Positions 39,526 to 51,922 of a DNA stretch of 64,000 nt are shown in pieces. Each line of letters begins with the position of its first letter. Position 1 is the stretch's first letter. This DNA is from Macrostomum hystrix (Eukaryota; Animalia; Platyhelminthes). The notes beneath the pieces were generated by a model. That model searched no databases, was not told the origin of the DNA, and saw only the letters and a program-made list of their open reading frames with translations. The DNA is taken from NCBI GenBank assembly GCA_950097015.1, contig CATNEN010000003.1, positions 10,974,001-11,038,000 on the forward strand, read 5' to 3'. Position numbers and translations under genes: made by a program.

Positions 39526-40634
39526 AATTTATTGTTACACTGTGAGAATTTTGTGAATCTGTCATTTATCCATTAGAATTTCGTGAGCATTTGTAAAATC
39601 AAATAGACAAAAATAAACCCTATCAATTCTTAAGTGTGAGCTGAATTTTTCTGTTTAAACATTTTTGGGATTTGTTTTCTGCCATATTTAATTCACCGAG
39701 TTCACGCTGTTCATTCACCTGTGCGATAAGTTTGGCATTGTCTTCCGTTGAGGCGAAATCTTTGTTTCTCAGCAAGTCTTTGTTTTGTGCGAGAGTCATT
39801 TCTTTAGACTTGAAATTTGTCAAAATTCTGCTCCTAGTAGCATAGATAGAGGTCACGGTCATTAAGGTGTGATTTAGGTGTGACATTTTTGGTTTCTAGA
39901 GATTGTTTATTTGCCCTGTCGTATCGCGACTAAGTCTTTGTCTTTACATGTGTCATTAAATGACTGTTTGTGTTCTAGACTATGCCTTGTCTTAAAATAC
40001 AGATACGGAGTTTACTATTATATTTGTAGATTGGCTTCGACTTTGACTAACGCATATTATAGGCATTGTTACACAATACCATAATTTACAAAAATGATTA
40101 ATTATATTTCAACATTTTCAGCCTTCACTCTCGCTCTGTATTTTTTGTTAATTTGAAATTTTTTAAATTGAACGACGAAAAAAAAAGATTTTTTTTTAGC
40201 AGTTAATTTTCTCTTTGTAAAGTGACGCCAACTTAATCGCGAAATATTTATTGTCACATTACAGACTAGTTAGTTAGGACAGTTAAGGATTATATTATTT
40301 TATTTACTATTGAAATAAAATACAAAAATTACTTCTTACAATGTCGAAAAAAAGAGGGCGGTTAGGTCACAGTGAAACGTGACTTGTTTCTCTTTGATTT
40401 GATCAGAAATATTACTATTGGTATCAATGAAGTGTGCAAGCTAGACATCACTGTAACTTTAGGGAAAATAATCCCATGCCGTACGGAAAAAACTCGTTTT
40501 AAAATGGCTGTTAAATCTTTCTTCTTTTAAAAGAAAACGTTGGTTGCCATGGAAGCCAAAGTAGAAAATGTTTTCTGAAAATTTCTAGAAAATGACTGAA
40601 TCCCATTTTACAATAACCAAGTACGTGCTGAAGC

Positions 40635-41295
40635 TAGGATCTGGTATCATCAAGATGGGATCTGTTATCCTCTAGATGGGATCTGTTATCCTCTAGATGG
40701 GATCTGGTATCCTCTAGATGGGATCTGTTAGCCTCTAGATGGGATCTGTTATCCTCTAGATGGGATCTGTTATCCTGAAGATGGGATCTGTTATCCTGAA
40801 GATGGGATCTGTTATCCTCTAGATGGGATCTGTTATCCTCTAGATGGGATCTGTTATCCTCTAGATGGGATCTGGTATCCTCTAGATGGGATCTGTTATC
40901 CTCTAGATGGGATCTGGTATCCTCTAGATGGGATCTGTTATCCTCTAGATAAGATCTGTTATCCTCTAGATGGGATCTGTTATCCTCTAGATGGGATCTG
41001 TTATCCTCTAGATGGGATCTGTTATCCTCTAGATGGGATCTGTTATCCTCTAGATAGGATCTGTTATCCTGAAGATGGGATCTGTTATCCTCTAGATGGG
41101 ATCTGTTATCCTCTAGATGGGATCTGTTATCCTGAAGATGGGATCTGGTATCCTCTAGATGGGATCTGTTATCCTCTAGATGGGATCTGGTATCCTCTAG
41201 ATGGGATCTGTTATCCTCTAGCTAGGATCTGTTATCCTCTAGCTAGGATCTGTTATCCTGAAGATGGGATCTGAATACTGAAGGTGGGATCTGTC
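40635..41295. repeat. 21-bp minisatellite upstream of FoxC
   Basis: (GATGGGATCTGTTATCCTCTA)n. Confidence 0.96.
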
Positions 41296-41812
41296 ATTCT
41301 GAAGAAGAAACATATAAAAAAAAATATTTTTAAACTATGTGCAAAAAACGTAAAGAAAGAAAAACAAAGGTATCCTCTCATAAAGAAAGGAACGAGAACT
41401 ATAAAGATTTTCTGTTGCTTCCGTCAGTTCATACGAACTGTTGGAAAATGGGACAAAAATCTATCTTGGGAGCAAAATTGGCCCTCTGGGAAGTGGCAAC
41501 AATCGCTGGTTGGCCAGACAAGCCAGGTCTCTAGGGAGGTAGAGGGGTACACAGGTGCGACTAGATTCCCAGGTGGAAGTCTAGGATTGGATGGAATCGT
41601 GGAGGCGGGTGACCAGGGTGGGTTGCGGCCATAGAGGATGACAATCTCCCATAACCATAGACCACAAAGGTCAAAGCTTTTGATTAGCAGAACTCTTCGA
41701 CTTTAAAAGGCCAAACCGACGGTAGAGAAAAATCTTCATTGTTCTAGACTTAAAGGATATTAGCAAGGAATTTTTAAAGTTGAAATTTTGAATTAACTAT
41801 AGAGTTAGCAAT

Positions 41813-41866
41813 ATGCTATCATCTGCTGCGGCTAGAGAAATAGGCCACGGTTGGTACGGAATGCCT

Positions 41867-41924
<58 letters not shown>

Positions 41925-42013
41925 TTGAACCATCGCAGAATCATTTTTCTCAATACTTGGCAACAAAAGGAGATTGGAAAGACTGTTCCTGGACTAGGCA
42001 AGGCTATTCTAGT

Positions 42014-42050
<37 letters not shown>

Positions 42051-44298
42051 TGCAGTGCAATCCTCTGCCTTACCAGCTATCTGCCAGCAATGGTCAGCTA
42101 TCTGAAGAAGTGAAGGAGCTTGTCAAGCCTCCTTACTCCTACATTGCATTGATCACAATGTCCATCACTGCTCAGCCTGATAAAAGGATCACACTAAATG
42201 GCATCTATCAGTTCATCATGAACAGGTGAGCAGTGTGAGACACCTACTTGAGAACAGAATTATTTGTTAAAGACATACTTTAAGCAAAAAAATTTTATTA
42301 AGGTCCCCGAGCTCGATTCCACGGCGAGGCCCCCATTAGTTTTGGGACGCAGCCGCGGAGAGAAGGCTTGGGGGCTTGTCGTTCACGCCATTGTGGGCCA
42401 ACCTCCAAGGCACAGTGAGAGTGTACACTGCCTGACAATGAGAAAGTCAGAATTATAATAGTAACCAATAGAATTTCAATCAAAGCCACAGTCCAGTAAC
42501 AGTATCAATATTAAAAACTGAATTAGAACTTCATCCTTTTTATTTTTGTCGAGTCACTTGAAAAAATGTTGAAATTTAGTCTCTAACAGATTAAGCACAT
42601 TTCTAACACAGGCCTTTAAAATGCTAGGAAAAAAACATGCATAAAAAACTGCTAACTCAGCTACCACTTCAGACCAGTGATTTTGTTACAGATGGTTCAA
42701 CATTTGACGCCTAATTCAATGAATGACAAGAAAAAAACTAACAGAAATAAAGAAATCAAATTCATTTGTCCAAGATTTGGATCAAATAGATTTAAGTAGA
42801 AATCAAACAAACACTTCAAAAAAATGCCGCGTTAAAAAAAGTAGTTGAAGTATCTATACACGGATCTAAGTTGACAGCTGGCAGGTAGATTCCGCCTGTT
42901 TGTCAAGCTGGGGTGGTGAATTATCTTGATTGATGGCTCTGACGGTGGCACCCAATTTCATGACAAATCATTGTTTGGGATTTGACCCACCTGACCTCTG
43001 TGTAAAGAGGAAGGCTTGTTAAGCGAAGCGACAGTGGCACGTACCAATAGGTCGTGGGTTCGAATCCGTAGTTTATGATATGACACGTGTCTATTCAACA
43101 ATTAGGTCGTGGTTTCGAATCGGTAGTTTATAACAAAACATGCGTCAATTCAACAATTAGGTCGTGGGTTCGAATCCTTAGTTGCTAACAAAATGCGCGT
43201 CAATTCAAAAATTAGGTCGTGGGTTCGAATCCGCAGTTCATAACAAAACGCACGTCAATTCAACAATTAGGTCACAGGTTCGAATCTACTTGCCTTTCTA
43301 GCAGAAATAACATAAAAAATAAATTTGCAGATTTCCTTACTACCGCGAGAACAGGCAGGGCTGGCAGAATTCTATTCGACACAATCTGTCGCTAAACGAG
43401 TGCTTCGTCAAGGTGGCTCGCGGCGACAAACGGCCGGGCAAGGGCAGCTACTGGACGCTCCACCCGGAGGCCTACAACATGTTCGACAACGGCAGCTACC
43501 TGCGTCGACGCCGAAGGTTTAAACAACGTCGAGACATGACAGCCGAGGCGCCAGATGCGAAGGCTGCCAGTCACGAGGCGCACGAACCGCCGATGGTCGA
43601 TGAGCAAAAAGATCAGGTTCGCGAATCGAATAATTATTTTATTCTATCTTAAAATGAAGCCGATATGTTTTGAAAAACATAAAAACTTTGTAAATGTTTT
43701 GTAATTCGCTATCTTAGAGCCGATATGTTTAGAAAAATGCAAGTTAAAACTTAGTTTATTAACATTTTTACTATTGTGTAGTTCTAGTTTTGTTTAGAAA
43801 TAACTATTTGTATGCAAAATATATTATTGCCAATTGCAGGAGGGCAGCGGGAAATCGCACATTATTTGGTGACACTAGACCCGCAGCCAGCAAGGAGTCA
43901 ATTCTGCCCATTTCGCTGACTCCTGAGCACACACGCACACAGATACTGAACGCAGGCGCACGCTTACACAGGTGTGTACATCTGCCGTGACTTTCCCATC
44001 GTCAGGCAGCATACACTCTCACTGTTGGCTAAAAAAATATGGCCTCGCCGCGGATTCGAGCTCAGGACCTTGCTGCAAAAGGTGCAAATCGCCACTCACC
44101 CCGAAACCCGTAGAATTGTATAAGCAATGCAGGCCAAAAAATTTGTAACTTTTTTGTTTCCATGGAAATGCTCCAGCCGAATCATCAGCAGTATCAGCAA
44201 TCGGCCGGTAAGCATCGCTCGGGCCACAGTCAAACTGGCGCTCCATCAGTTTTCGACTTTCATCCAACTTGCTGGTACAGCCAGTACGCGCCGAGACA

Positions 44299-44340
<42 letters not shown>

Positions 44341-44395
44341 ACCGCCGTACAATCAACTAGTTGCTAACTATCACTATCATCATCAACTGCAGAAT

Positions 44396-44431
<36 letters not shown>

Positions 44432-44458
44432 TCTCACCTATTTCTTAAGTACACCTGA
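41813..44458 (+). CDS. FoxC: Forkhead box C transcription factor (exons 41813-42225, 43331-43616, 44177-44458)
   Basis: Spliced domain [16 protein letters not shown]...[38 protein letters not shown]...KGSYWTL...[16 protein letters not shown]; phases 2 and 0 are consistent; AATAAA near 44519. Confidence 0.9.
42299..42450 (+). mobile_element. SINE family 2, truncated copy in FoxC intron 1
   Basis: Head GGTCCCCGAGCTCGATTCCACGGCGAGGC plus a body match. Confidence 0.75.
43045..43290 (+). repeat. 55-bp tandem repeat (about 4.5 units), each unit carrying a Pol III B-box-like GGTTCGAATC
   Basis: Units at 43051, 43106, 43161, 43216 and 43271. Confidence 0.85.
43832..44105 (-). mobile_element. SINE family 2, near full-length copy in FoxC intron 2
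   Basis: tRNA-like head (AGGTCCTGAGCTCGAATCCGCGGCGAGGCC); body matches the 51337-51600 copy. Confidence 0.8.
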
Positions 44459-44825
44459 ACTTACACCTGAGATAAACGTCTTCTTTGCGCAATCTTTCAA
44501 TTTTAATTGAAGCTAAACAATAAACATTGTTACAAACAAGTTTTTCATGCTTAAGTTTAACCGAAATTTTATTCCGAAATCTAGCCTTTTGTTTAATTTT
44601 TGTAATTATATTTCACCGAAGAAATGACTGCTTTTAATGACGTTGTCATAATAAAAAGGGATAATATTTTATTACAAGGCACCAGTCGTAAAAGTCTTTG
44701 TAAAATAAATTGCTTGAATTTTTTGTTCTTTATCTCCCTATTCTAACTTCTCATCTACGAAACCATCATCATTTTCAATGTCCTTCAATTTCCTCGTGTC
44801 CTAGAGGAAAAAGTATTTAGTTTGG

Positions 44826-46607
44826 GAAATTGTGTCACCCTGTGAAATTGTGTCACTCTGAGAAATTGTGTCACTCTGAGAAATTGTGTCACTCTGAGAA
44901 ATTGTGTCACTCTGAGAAATTGTGTCACTCTGAGAAATTGTGTCACTCTGAAAAATTGTGTCACTTTTAGAAATTGTGTTACTCTGAGAAATTGTGTCAC
45001 TCTGAGAATTGTGTCACTCTGAGAAATTGTGTCACTCTGAGAAATTGTGTCACTCTGAGAAATTGTCACTCTGAGATATTGTGTCACTCTGAGAAATTGT
45101 GTCACTCTGAGAAATTTTGTCACTCTGAGAAATTGTGTCACTCTGAGAAATTGTGTCACTCTGAGAAATTGTGTCACTCTGAGAAATTGTGTCACTCTGA
45201 GAAATTGTGTCACTATGAGAAATTGTGTCACTCTGAGAAATTGTGTCACTATGAGAAATTGTGTCACTCTGAGAAATTGTGTCACCCTGAGAAATTGTGT
45301 CACTCTGAGATATTGTGTGACTCTGAGAAATTGTGCCACTCTGAGAAATTGTGTCACTCTGAGAAATTGTGTCACCCTGAGAAATTGTGCCTCTCTGAGA
45401 AACTGTGTCACTCTGAGAAATTGTGTCACTCTGTGAAATTGTGTCACTCTGGAAATTGTGCCTCTCTGAGAAATTGTGTCAATCTGAGAAATTGTGTCAC
45501 CCTAAGAAATTCTGTCACTCTGAGAAATTGTGTCACCCTGAGATATTCTGCCACTCTGAGTAATTGTGTCACTCTGAGAAATTGTGTCACTTTCAGAAAT
45601 TGTGTCACCCTGAGAAATTGTGTCACTCTGAGAAATTGTGTCACTCTGAGAAATTGTGTCACTCTGAGAAATTTTGTCACTCTGAGAAATTGTGTCACTC
45701 TGAGAAATTGTGTCACTCTGAGAAATTGTGTCACTCTGAGATATTGTGTGACTCTGAGAAATTGTGCCACTCTGAGAAATTGTGTCACTCTGAGAAATTG
45801 TGTCACCCTGAGAAATTGTGCCTCTCTGAGAAACTGTGTCACTCTGAGAAATTGTGTCACTCTGTGAAATTGTGTCACTCTGGAAATTGTGCCTCTCTGA
45901 GAAATTGTGTCACTCTGAGAAATTGTGTCACCCTGAGATATTCTGCCACTCTGAGTAATTGTGTCACTCTGAGAAATTGTGTCACTTTCAGAAATTGTGT
46001 CACCCTGAGAAATTGTGTCACTCTGAGAAATTGTGTCACTCTGAGAAATTGTGTCACTCTGAGAAATTTTGTCACTCTGAGAAATTGTGTCACTCTGAGA
46101 AATTGTGTCACTCTGAGAAATTGTGTCACTCTGAGAAATTGTGTCACTCTGAGAAATTGTGTCACTATGAGAAATTGTGTCACTCTGAGAAATTGTGTCA
46201 CTCTGAGAAATTGTGTCACTCTGAGATATTGTGTGACTCTGAGAAATTGTGCCACTCTGAGAAATTGTGTCACTCTGAGAAATTGTGTCACCCTGAGAAA
46301 TTGTGCCTCTCTGAGAAACTGTGTCACTCTGAGAAATTGTGTCACTCTGTGAAATTGTGTCACTCTGGAAATTGTGCCTCTCTGAGAAATTGTGTCAATC
46401 TGAGAAATTGTGTCACCCTAAGAAATTCTGTCACTCTGAGAAATTGTGTCACCCTGAGATATTCTGCCACTCTGAGTAATTGTGTCACTCTGAGAAATTG
46501 TGTCACTTTCAGAAATTGTGTCACCCTGAGAAATTGTGTCACTCTGAGAAATTGTGTCACTCTGAGAAATTGTGTCACTCTGAGAAATTGTGTCACTCTG
46601 AGAAATT
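44826..46607. repeat. 18-bp minisatellite (GAGAAATTGTGTCACTCT)n with duplicated blocks of about 430-485 bp
   Basis: Tandem periodicity; the variant TCTGGAAATTGTGCCTCT recurs near 45448, 45879 and 46364. Confidence 0.97.
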
Positions 46608-47194
46608 TTTAAACGCTTTGAAAATAAGTCACTCATTGAAAGTGAAACCTACCAAACCGTGACTTGGTAGAACTTTTTCGCTTTGTGAAGTCCCCTTACA
46701 CTACTTGGGTGTATTAAATTAGTAGTATTAAAGGCAAATAAAATGTAATACTTTTATTATAGAAAAAAATTCTGATACTTGAAAATTAAGCTAAAAAGTT
46801 GCTTGAATGTTTACTGAAATTTGTTTTACCAAGATGAACAAAACTGTTTTAATATCAACATTAGATATTTTTTATACAAAGTAGATACTTTTTATACAGT
46901 ATGTTGCCTTGAAAGAAAATTTGATAAAAATACACAGAATTTAGTTTATATTGCTAATGAACTATTATATGGCACGTACCAAAGAGTTGGGAATATTTTT
47001 TGGCCAAGGGATCTCTCAAGGGACGGATATTTTTGTCGCTAAGGGGAATCAAAACTTGTCACTATTTGGTCGAATTTCCACAGGCAAGCTCTAGTTCAAG
47101 GGAAAGTTTTCGATTTTTTCCTGCGAAAGATTGATCGTAATTTTAGTTTTATAATGATAGATTTTTTGTTTTAAGTACTGGAATACTTTTAAGC

Positions 47195-48408
47195 TGTGTA
47201 GCCCCCAAATCCTTGGTAGAGCCCCTAAATCCCTGGTGAAGCCCCTATTGTCCATAAAAAAGCCCCCATATCTATAATAGATAGATCCGGGGCCTCCGTC
47301 ATCAATAGATCCGTCAAATCAACAATAGAGCCCTCAAATGTATAATAGATCGCTCAAATCCTTGGTGTAGCCCCCAAATCCTCGGTAGATCCCTCAAATC
47401 CTCGGTAGATCCCTCAAATCCTCGGTAGATTCCTGAAATCCTTGGTGTAGCCCCCAAATCCTCGGTAGATCCCTCAAATCCTCGGTAGATCCCTCAAATC
47501 CTTGGTAGATCCCTCAAATCCTTGGTGTAGCCCCCAAATCCTCGGTAGATCCCTCAAATCCTTGGTAGAGCCCCCAAATCCTTGGTAGAGCCCCAAATCC
47601 TTGGTAGAGCCCCCAAATCCTTGGTAGAGCCCCCAAATCCTTGGTAGAGCCCCCAAATCCTTGGTAGAGCCCCCAAATCCTTGGTAGAGCCCCCAAATCC
47701 TTGGTAGAGCCCCCAAATCCTTGGTAGAGCCCCCAAATCCTTGGTAGAGCCCCCAAATCCTTGGTAGAGCCCCTAAATCCTCGGTAGAGCCCCCAAATCC
47801 TTGGTAGAGCCCCCAAATCTTTGGTAGAGCCCCCAAATCCTTGGTAGAGCCCCTAAAACCCTGGTGGAGCCCTTTAAGTCCATAAAAGAGACCCCATATC
47901 TATCATAGATCCGTCAAATCCATAACAGAGCCCTCAAATGTATAATAGATCTCTCAAATCCTTGGTAGAGCCCCCAAATCCTTGGTAGAGCCCCCAAATC
48001 CTTGGAAGAGCCCACAAAATCCCTGTTGGAGCCCTCAAATCCTCGGCAGAGCCCTCAAATTCTTGGTAGATCCCCCAAGTTCTTGGGAGAGCCCCCAAAT
48101 CCTTGGTAGAGCCCCCAAATCCTTGGTAGAGCCCCAAATCCTTGGTAGAGCCCCCAAATCCTTGGTAGAGCCCCCAAATCCTTGGTAGAGCCCCAAATCC
48201 CTGGGAGAGCCCCCAAAATCCCTGGGAGAGCCCCCAAATTCTTGGTAGAGCCCCCAAAATCCCTGTTGGAGCCCTCAAATCCTTGGTCTCCAAATTCTTG
48301 GTAGAGCCCTCAAATCCTTGGTAGATCCCTCAAATCTTTGGTAGATCCCTCAAATCCTTGGTAGAGGCCTCAAATCCTTGGTAGAGCCCCCAAATCCCTG
48401 GGAGAGCG
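47195..48408. repeat. 20-bp minisatellite (CCCCCAAATCCTTGGTAGAG)n with a duplicated spacer
   Basis: Tandem periodicity; similar spacers near 47250-47350 and 47875-47950. Confidence 0.95.
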
Positions 48409-48791
48409 CAAAAATTGCTAATGATATCTAGAATGCGGCTAGTAAAAGTGAAGGCTTGCACATGTATACACCCTTAATACATACCCTGGCACATGCTATT
48501 TAAACAAGTTAGAAATTCGATAACAAAGCAGACTGATCTAATATATATGCAGATGCTTTGTCAATTCTATCTGAAACGAAAACTCTGACTAAAGGCTAAT
48601 TTTCGATTCCTCACAATCTATTGCCAGTTGCTTCAGGGTAACTCACTTAACGAGTTCATTGAGGAGTGATCTAGTCAATTTCAATTCGAAAAGCTTTCAA
48701 AAAACCGTTCGAAACTTCAGGCTAGAGAGTGAAAGCAGAAAATATAGCAAAGCAAGAATTCTACAGTAGCTATAGCTTCTGATATGCTAAT

Positions 48792-50857
48792 CAGGGGCTA
48801 GCCACCTCCGACCCGAGGGGCAGATGAAGCTCCACAATCTGGACCCCAGCCACTTTTGTTTATCTCACTCCTGTCTTATCTCACTCGTGTCTTATCTCAC
48901 CTCTGTCTTATCTCACTCCTGTCTTATCTCACTCCTGTCTAATCTCACTCCTGTCATATATCACTCCTGTCTTATCTCACTCCTGTCTTATCTCACTCCT
49001 GTCTTATATCACTCCTGTCTTATCTCACTCCTGTCTCATCTAACTCCTGTCTTATATCACTCCTGTCTTATCTCACTCCTGTCTTATCTCACTCCTGTCT
49101 AATCTCACTCCTGTCATATATCACTCCTGTCTTATCTCACTCCTGTCTTATCTCACTCCTGTCTAATCTCACTCCTGTCATATATCACTCCTGTCTTATC
49201 TCACTCCTGTCTTATCTCACTCCTGTCTTATATCACTCCTGTCTTATCTCACTCCTGTCTAATCTCACTCCTGTCTAATCTCACTCCTGTCATATATCAC
49301 TCCTGTCTTATCTCACTCCTGTCTTATCTCACTCCTGTCTAATCTCACTCCTGTCATATATCACTCCTGTCTTATCTCACTCCTGTCTTATCTCACTCCT
49401 GTCTTATATCACTCCTGTCTTATCTCACTCCTGTCTTATCTCACTCCTGTCTAATCTCACTCCTGTCATATATCACTCCTGTCTTATCTCACTCCTGTCT
49501 TATCTCACCCCTGTCTTATCTCACTCCTGTCTTATATCACTCCTGTCTTATCTCACTCCTGTCTTATCTCACTCCTGTCTAATCTCACTCCTGTCATATA
49601 TCACTCCTGTCTTATCTCACTCCTGTCTTATCTCACTCCTGTCTAATCTCACTCCTGTCATATATCACTCCTGTCTTATCTCACTCCTGTCTTATCTCAC
49701 CCCTGTCTTATCTCACTCCTGTCTTATATCACTCCTGTCTTATCTCACTCCTGTCTTATCTCACTCCTGTCTTATCTCACTCCTGTCTTATCTCACTCCT
49801 GTCTTATCTCACTCCTGTCTTATCTCACTCCTGTCTTATATCACTCCTGTCTTATCTCACTCCTGTCTTATCTCACTCCTGTCTTATCTCACCCCTGTCT
49901 TATCTCACTCCTGTCTTATTTCACTCCTGTCTTATCTCACTCCTGTCTTATCTCACTCCTGTCTAATCTCACTCCTGTCATATATCACTCCTGTCTTATC
50001 TCACTCCTGTCTTATCTCACTCCTGTCTAATCTCACTCCTGTCATATATCACTCCTGTCTTATCTCACTCCTGTCTTATCTCACCCCTGTCTTATCTCAC
50101 TCCTGTCTTATATCACTCCTGTCTTATCTCACTCCTGTCTTATCTCACTCCTGTCTTATCTCACTCCTGTCTTATCTCACTCCTGTCTTATCTCACTCCT
50201 GTCTTATCTCACTCCTGTCTTATATCACTCCTGTCTTATCTCACTCCTGTCTTATCTCACTCCTGTCTTATCTCACTCCTGTCTTATATCACTCCTGTCT
50301 AATCTCACTCCTGTCTTATCTCACTCCTGTCTTATCTCACTCCTGTCTTATCTCACTCCTGTCTTATCTCACTCCTGTCTAATCTCACTCCTGTCATATA
50401 TCACTCCTGTCTTATCTCACTCCTGTCTTATCTCACTCCTGTCTAATCTCACTCCTGTCTTATCTCACTCCTGTCTTATCTCACTCCTGTCTTATCTCAC
50501 TCCTGTCTTATCTCACTCCTGTCTAATCTCACTCCTGTCATATATCACTCCTGTCTTATCTCACTCCTGTCTTATCTCACTCCTGTCTAATCTCACTCCT
50601 GTCTTATCTCACTCCTGTCTTATCTCACTCCTGTCTTATCTCACTCCTGTCTTATCTCACTCCTGTCTTATCTCACTCCTGTCTTATCTCACTCCTGTCT
50701 TATCTCACTCCTGTCTTATCTCACTCCTGTCTAATCTCACTCCTGTCTTATCTCACTCCTGTCTAATCTCACTCCTGTCATATATCACTCCTGTCTCATC
50801 TCACTCCTGTCTCATCTCACTCCTGTCTTAGCAAGTATGCAAGGTTGCCGACCCCTG
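48792..50857 (-). mobile_element. hAT MITE of the same family, inverted, containing a 16-bp array (CTTATCTCACTCCTGT)n of about 1.97 kb at 48860-50830
   Basis: Ends CAGGGGCTAGCCACCT / AGGTTGCCGACCCCTG; left subterminus aligns to the reverse complement of the right end of the 12496 element; imperfect TSD core TGCTAA on both sides. Confidence 0.8.
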
Positions 50858-51336
50858 TGCTAAAGAGAGGTGAGACATTACATGGCGCAGAAGCCATTTA
50901 CACATTGGCTAATCAATCCGACAGCCAATCAGATCATTGCTAACTGCCCGGACTCAAAAGAAATAGGACTCAATTCTTATAACGATGCGAATATCTTGTC
51001 GACTGGATTATACTAGAGAGACAGAAATAATAGATAACCACGCGAGAGACACGCGAGAGTGTTTATATTTGAACGAAACACTATTGCTACCGTCTGCTTT
51101 TAGCAAATCTTCACCAACTATAATCGCCATAATGTGTTCAGTTTAGACTTTTTATTGATTTTATCGATTTTACTCCAGAACATGCACTAAGCATGTGATA
51201 GCATTTCGGAGTCGGTGTTTAAGTCGATTGTTTATTTAAGAGGCCGACCAGTGTGTCCTCTTCTTGTACTTAAAAAAGTTCTTTCGAAGATTTTTTCCAG
51301 CTTTTTTAGTCGGTAAGTGAATAAAAAATATTTATA

Positions 51337-51922
51337 ATTGCAGGACGGCTGCGGGCAATGGCACATCATTTGGTGACACTAGACCCGCAGCCAGCGAGTA
51401 GGAAATTCTGCACATTTCGCTGACTCCTGAGCACACACGCACACAGATACTGTACGCAGGCACACGCTCGCACAGGTGTGTACATCTGCTGTGACTTTCT
51501 CATCGTCAGGCAGTGTACACTCTCACTGTGCCTTGGTGGATGGCCCTCAAGGGCGTAAATTGCATGACAAGCCCCCAATTAAAAGTGGCCCCGCCGCGGG
51601 ACTTTGAGCTCAGGGACTCAGGGACTCAGGGACTCAGGGACTCAGGGACTCAGGGACTCAGGGACTCAGGGACTCAGGGACTCAGGGACTCAGGGACTCA
51701 GGGACTCAGGGACTCAGGGACTCAGGGACTCAGGGACTCAGGGACTCAGGGACTCAGGGACTCAGGGACTCAGGGACTCAGGGACTCAGGGACTCAGGGA
51801 CTCAGGGACTCAGGGACTCAGGGACTCAGGGACTCAGGGACTCAGGGACTCAGGGACTCAGGGACTCAGGGACTCAGGGACCTTGGCATGTGAGGCTAAC
51901 GCGATAATCACTCTTGACGCGT
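51337..51922 (-). mobile_element. SINE family 2 copy whose tRNA-like head contains a perfect (CTCAGGGA)34 expansion at 51609-51880
   Basis: Body matches the other copies; head sequence resumes on both sides of the array. Confidence 0.85.

Noticed and set aside
39623-39886. 87-aa ORF or possible exon 39833-39719 (-)
   Set aside because: No recognisable domain and no partner exons identified.
40543-40556. RFX X-box-like GTTGCCATGGAAGC upstream of FoxC
   Set aside because: A single imperfect match, plausible by chance in 64 kb.
51609-51880. Interstitial telomeric repeat
   Set aside because: The unit is an 8-mer derived from the SINE head, not TTAGGG.
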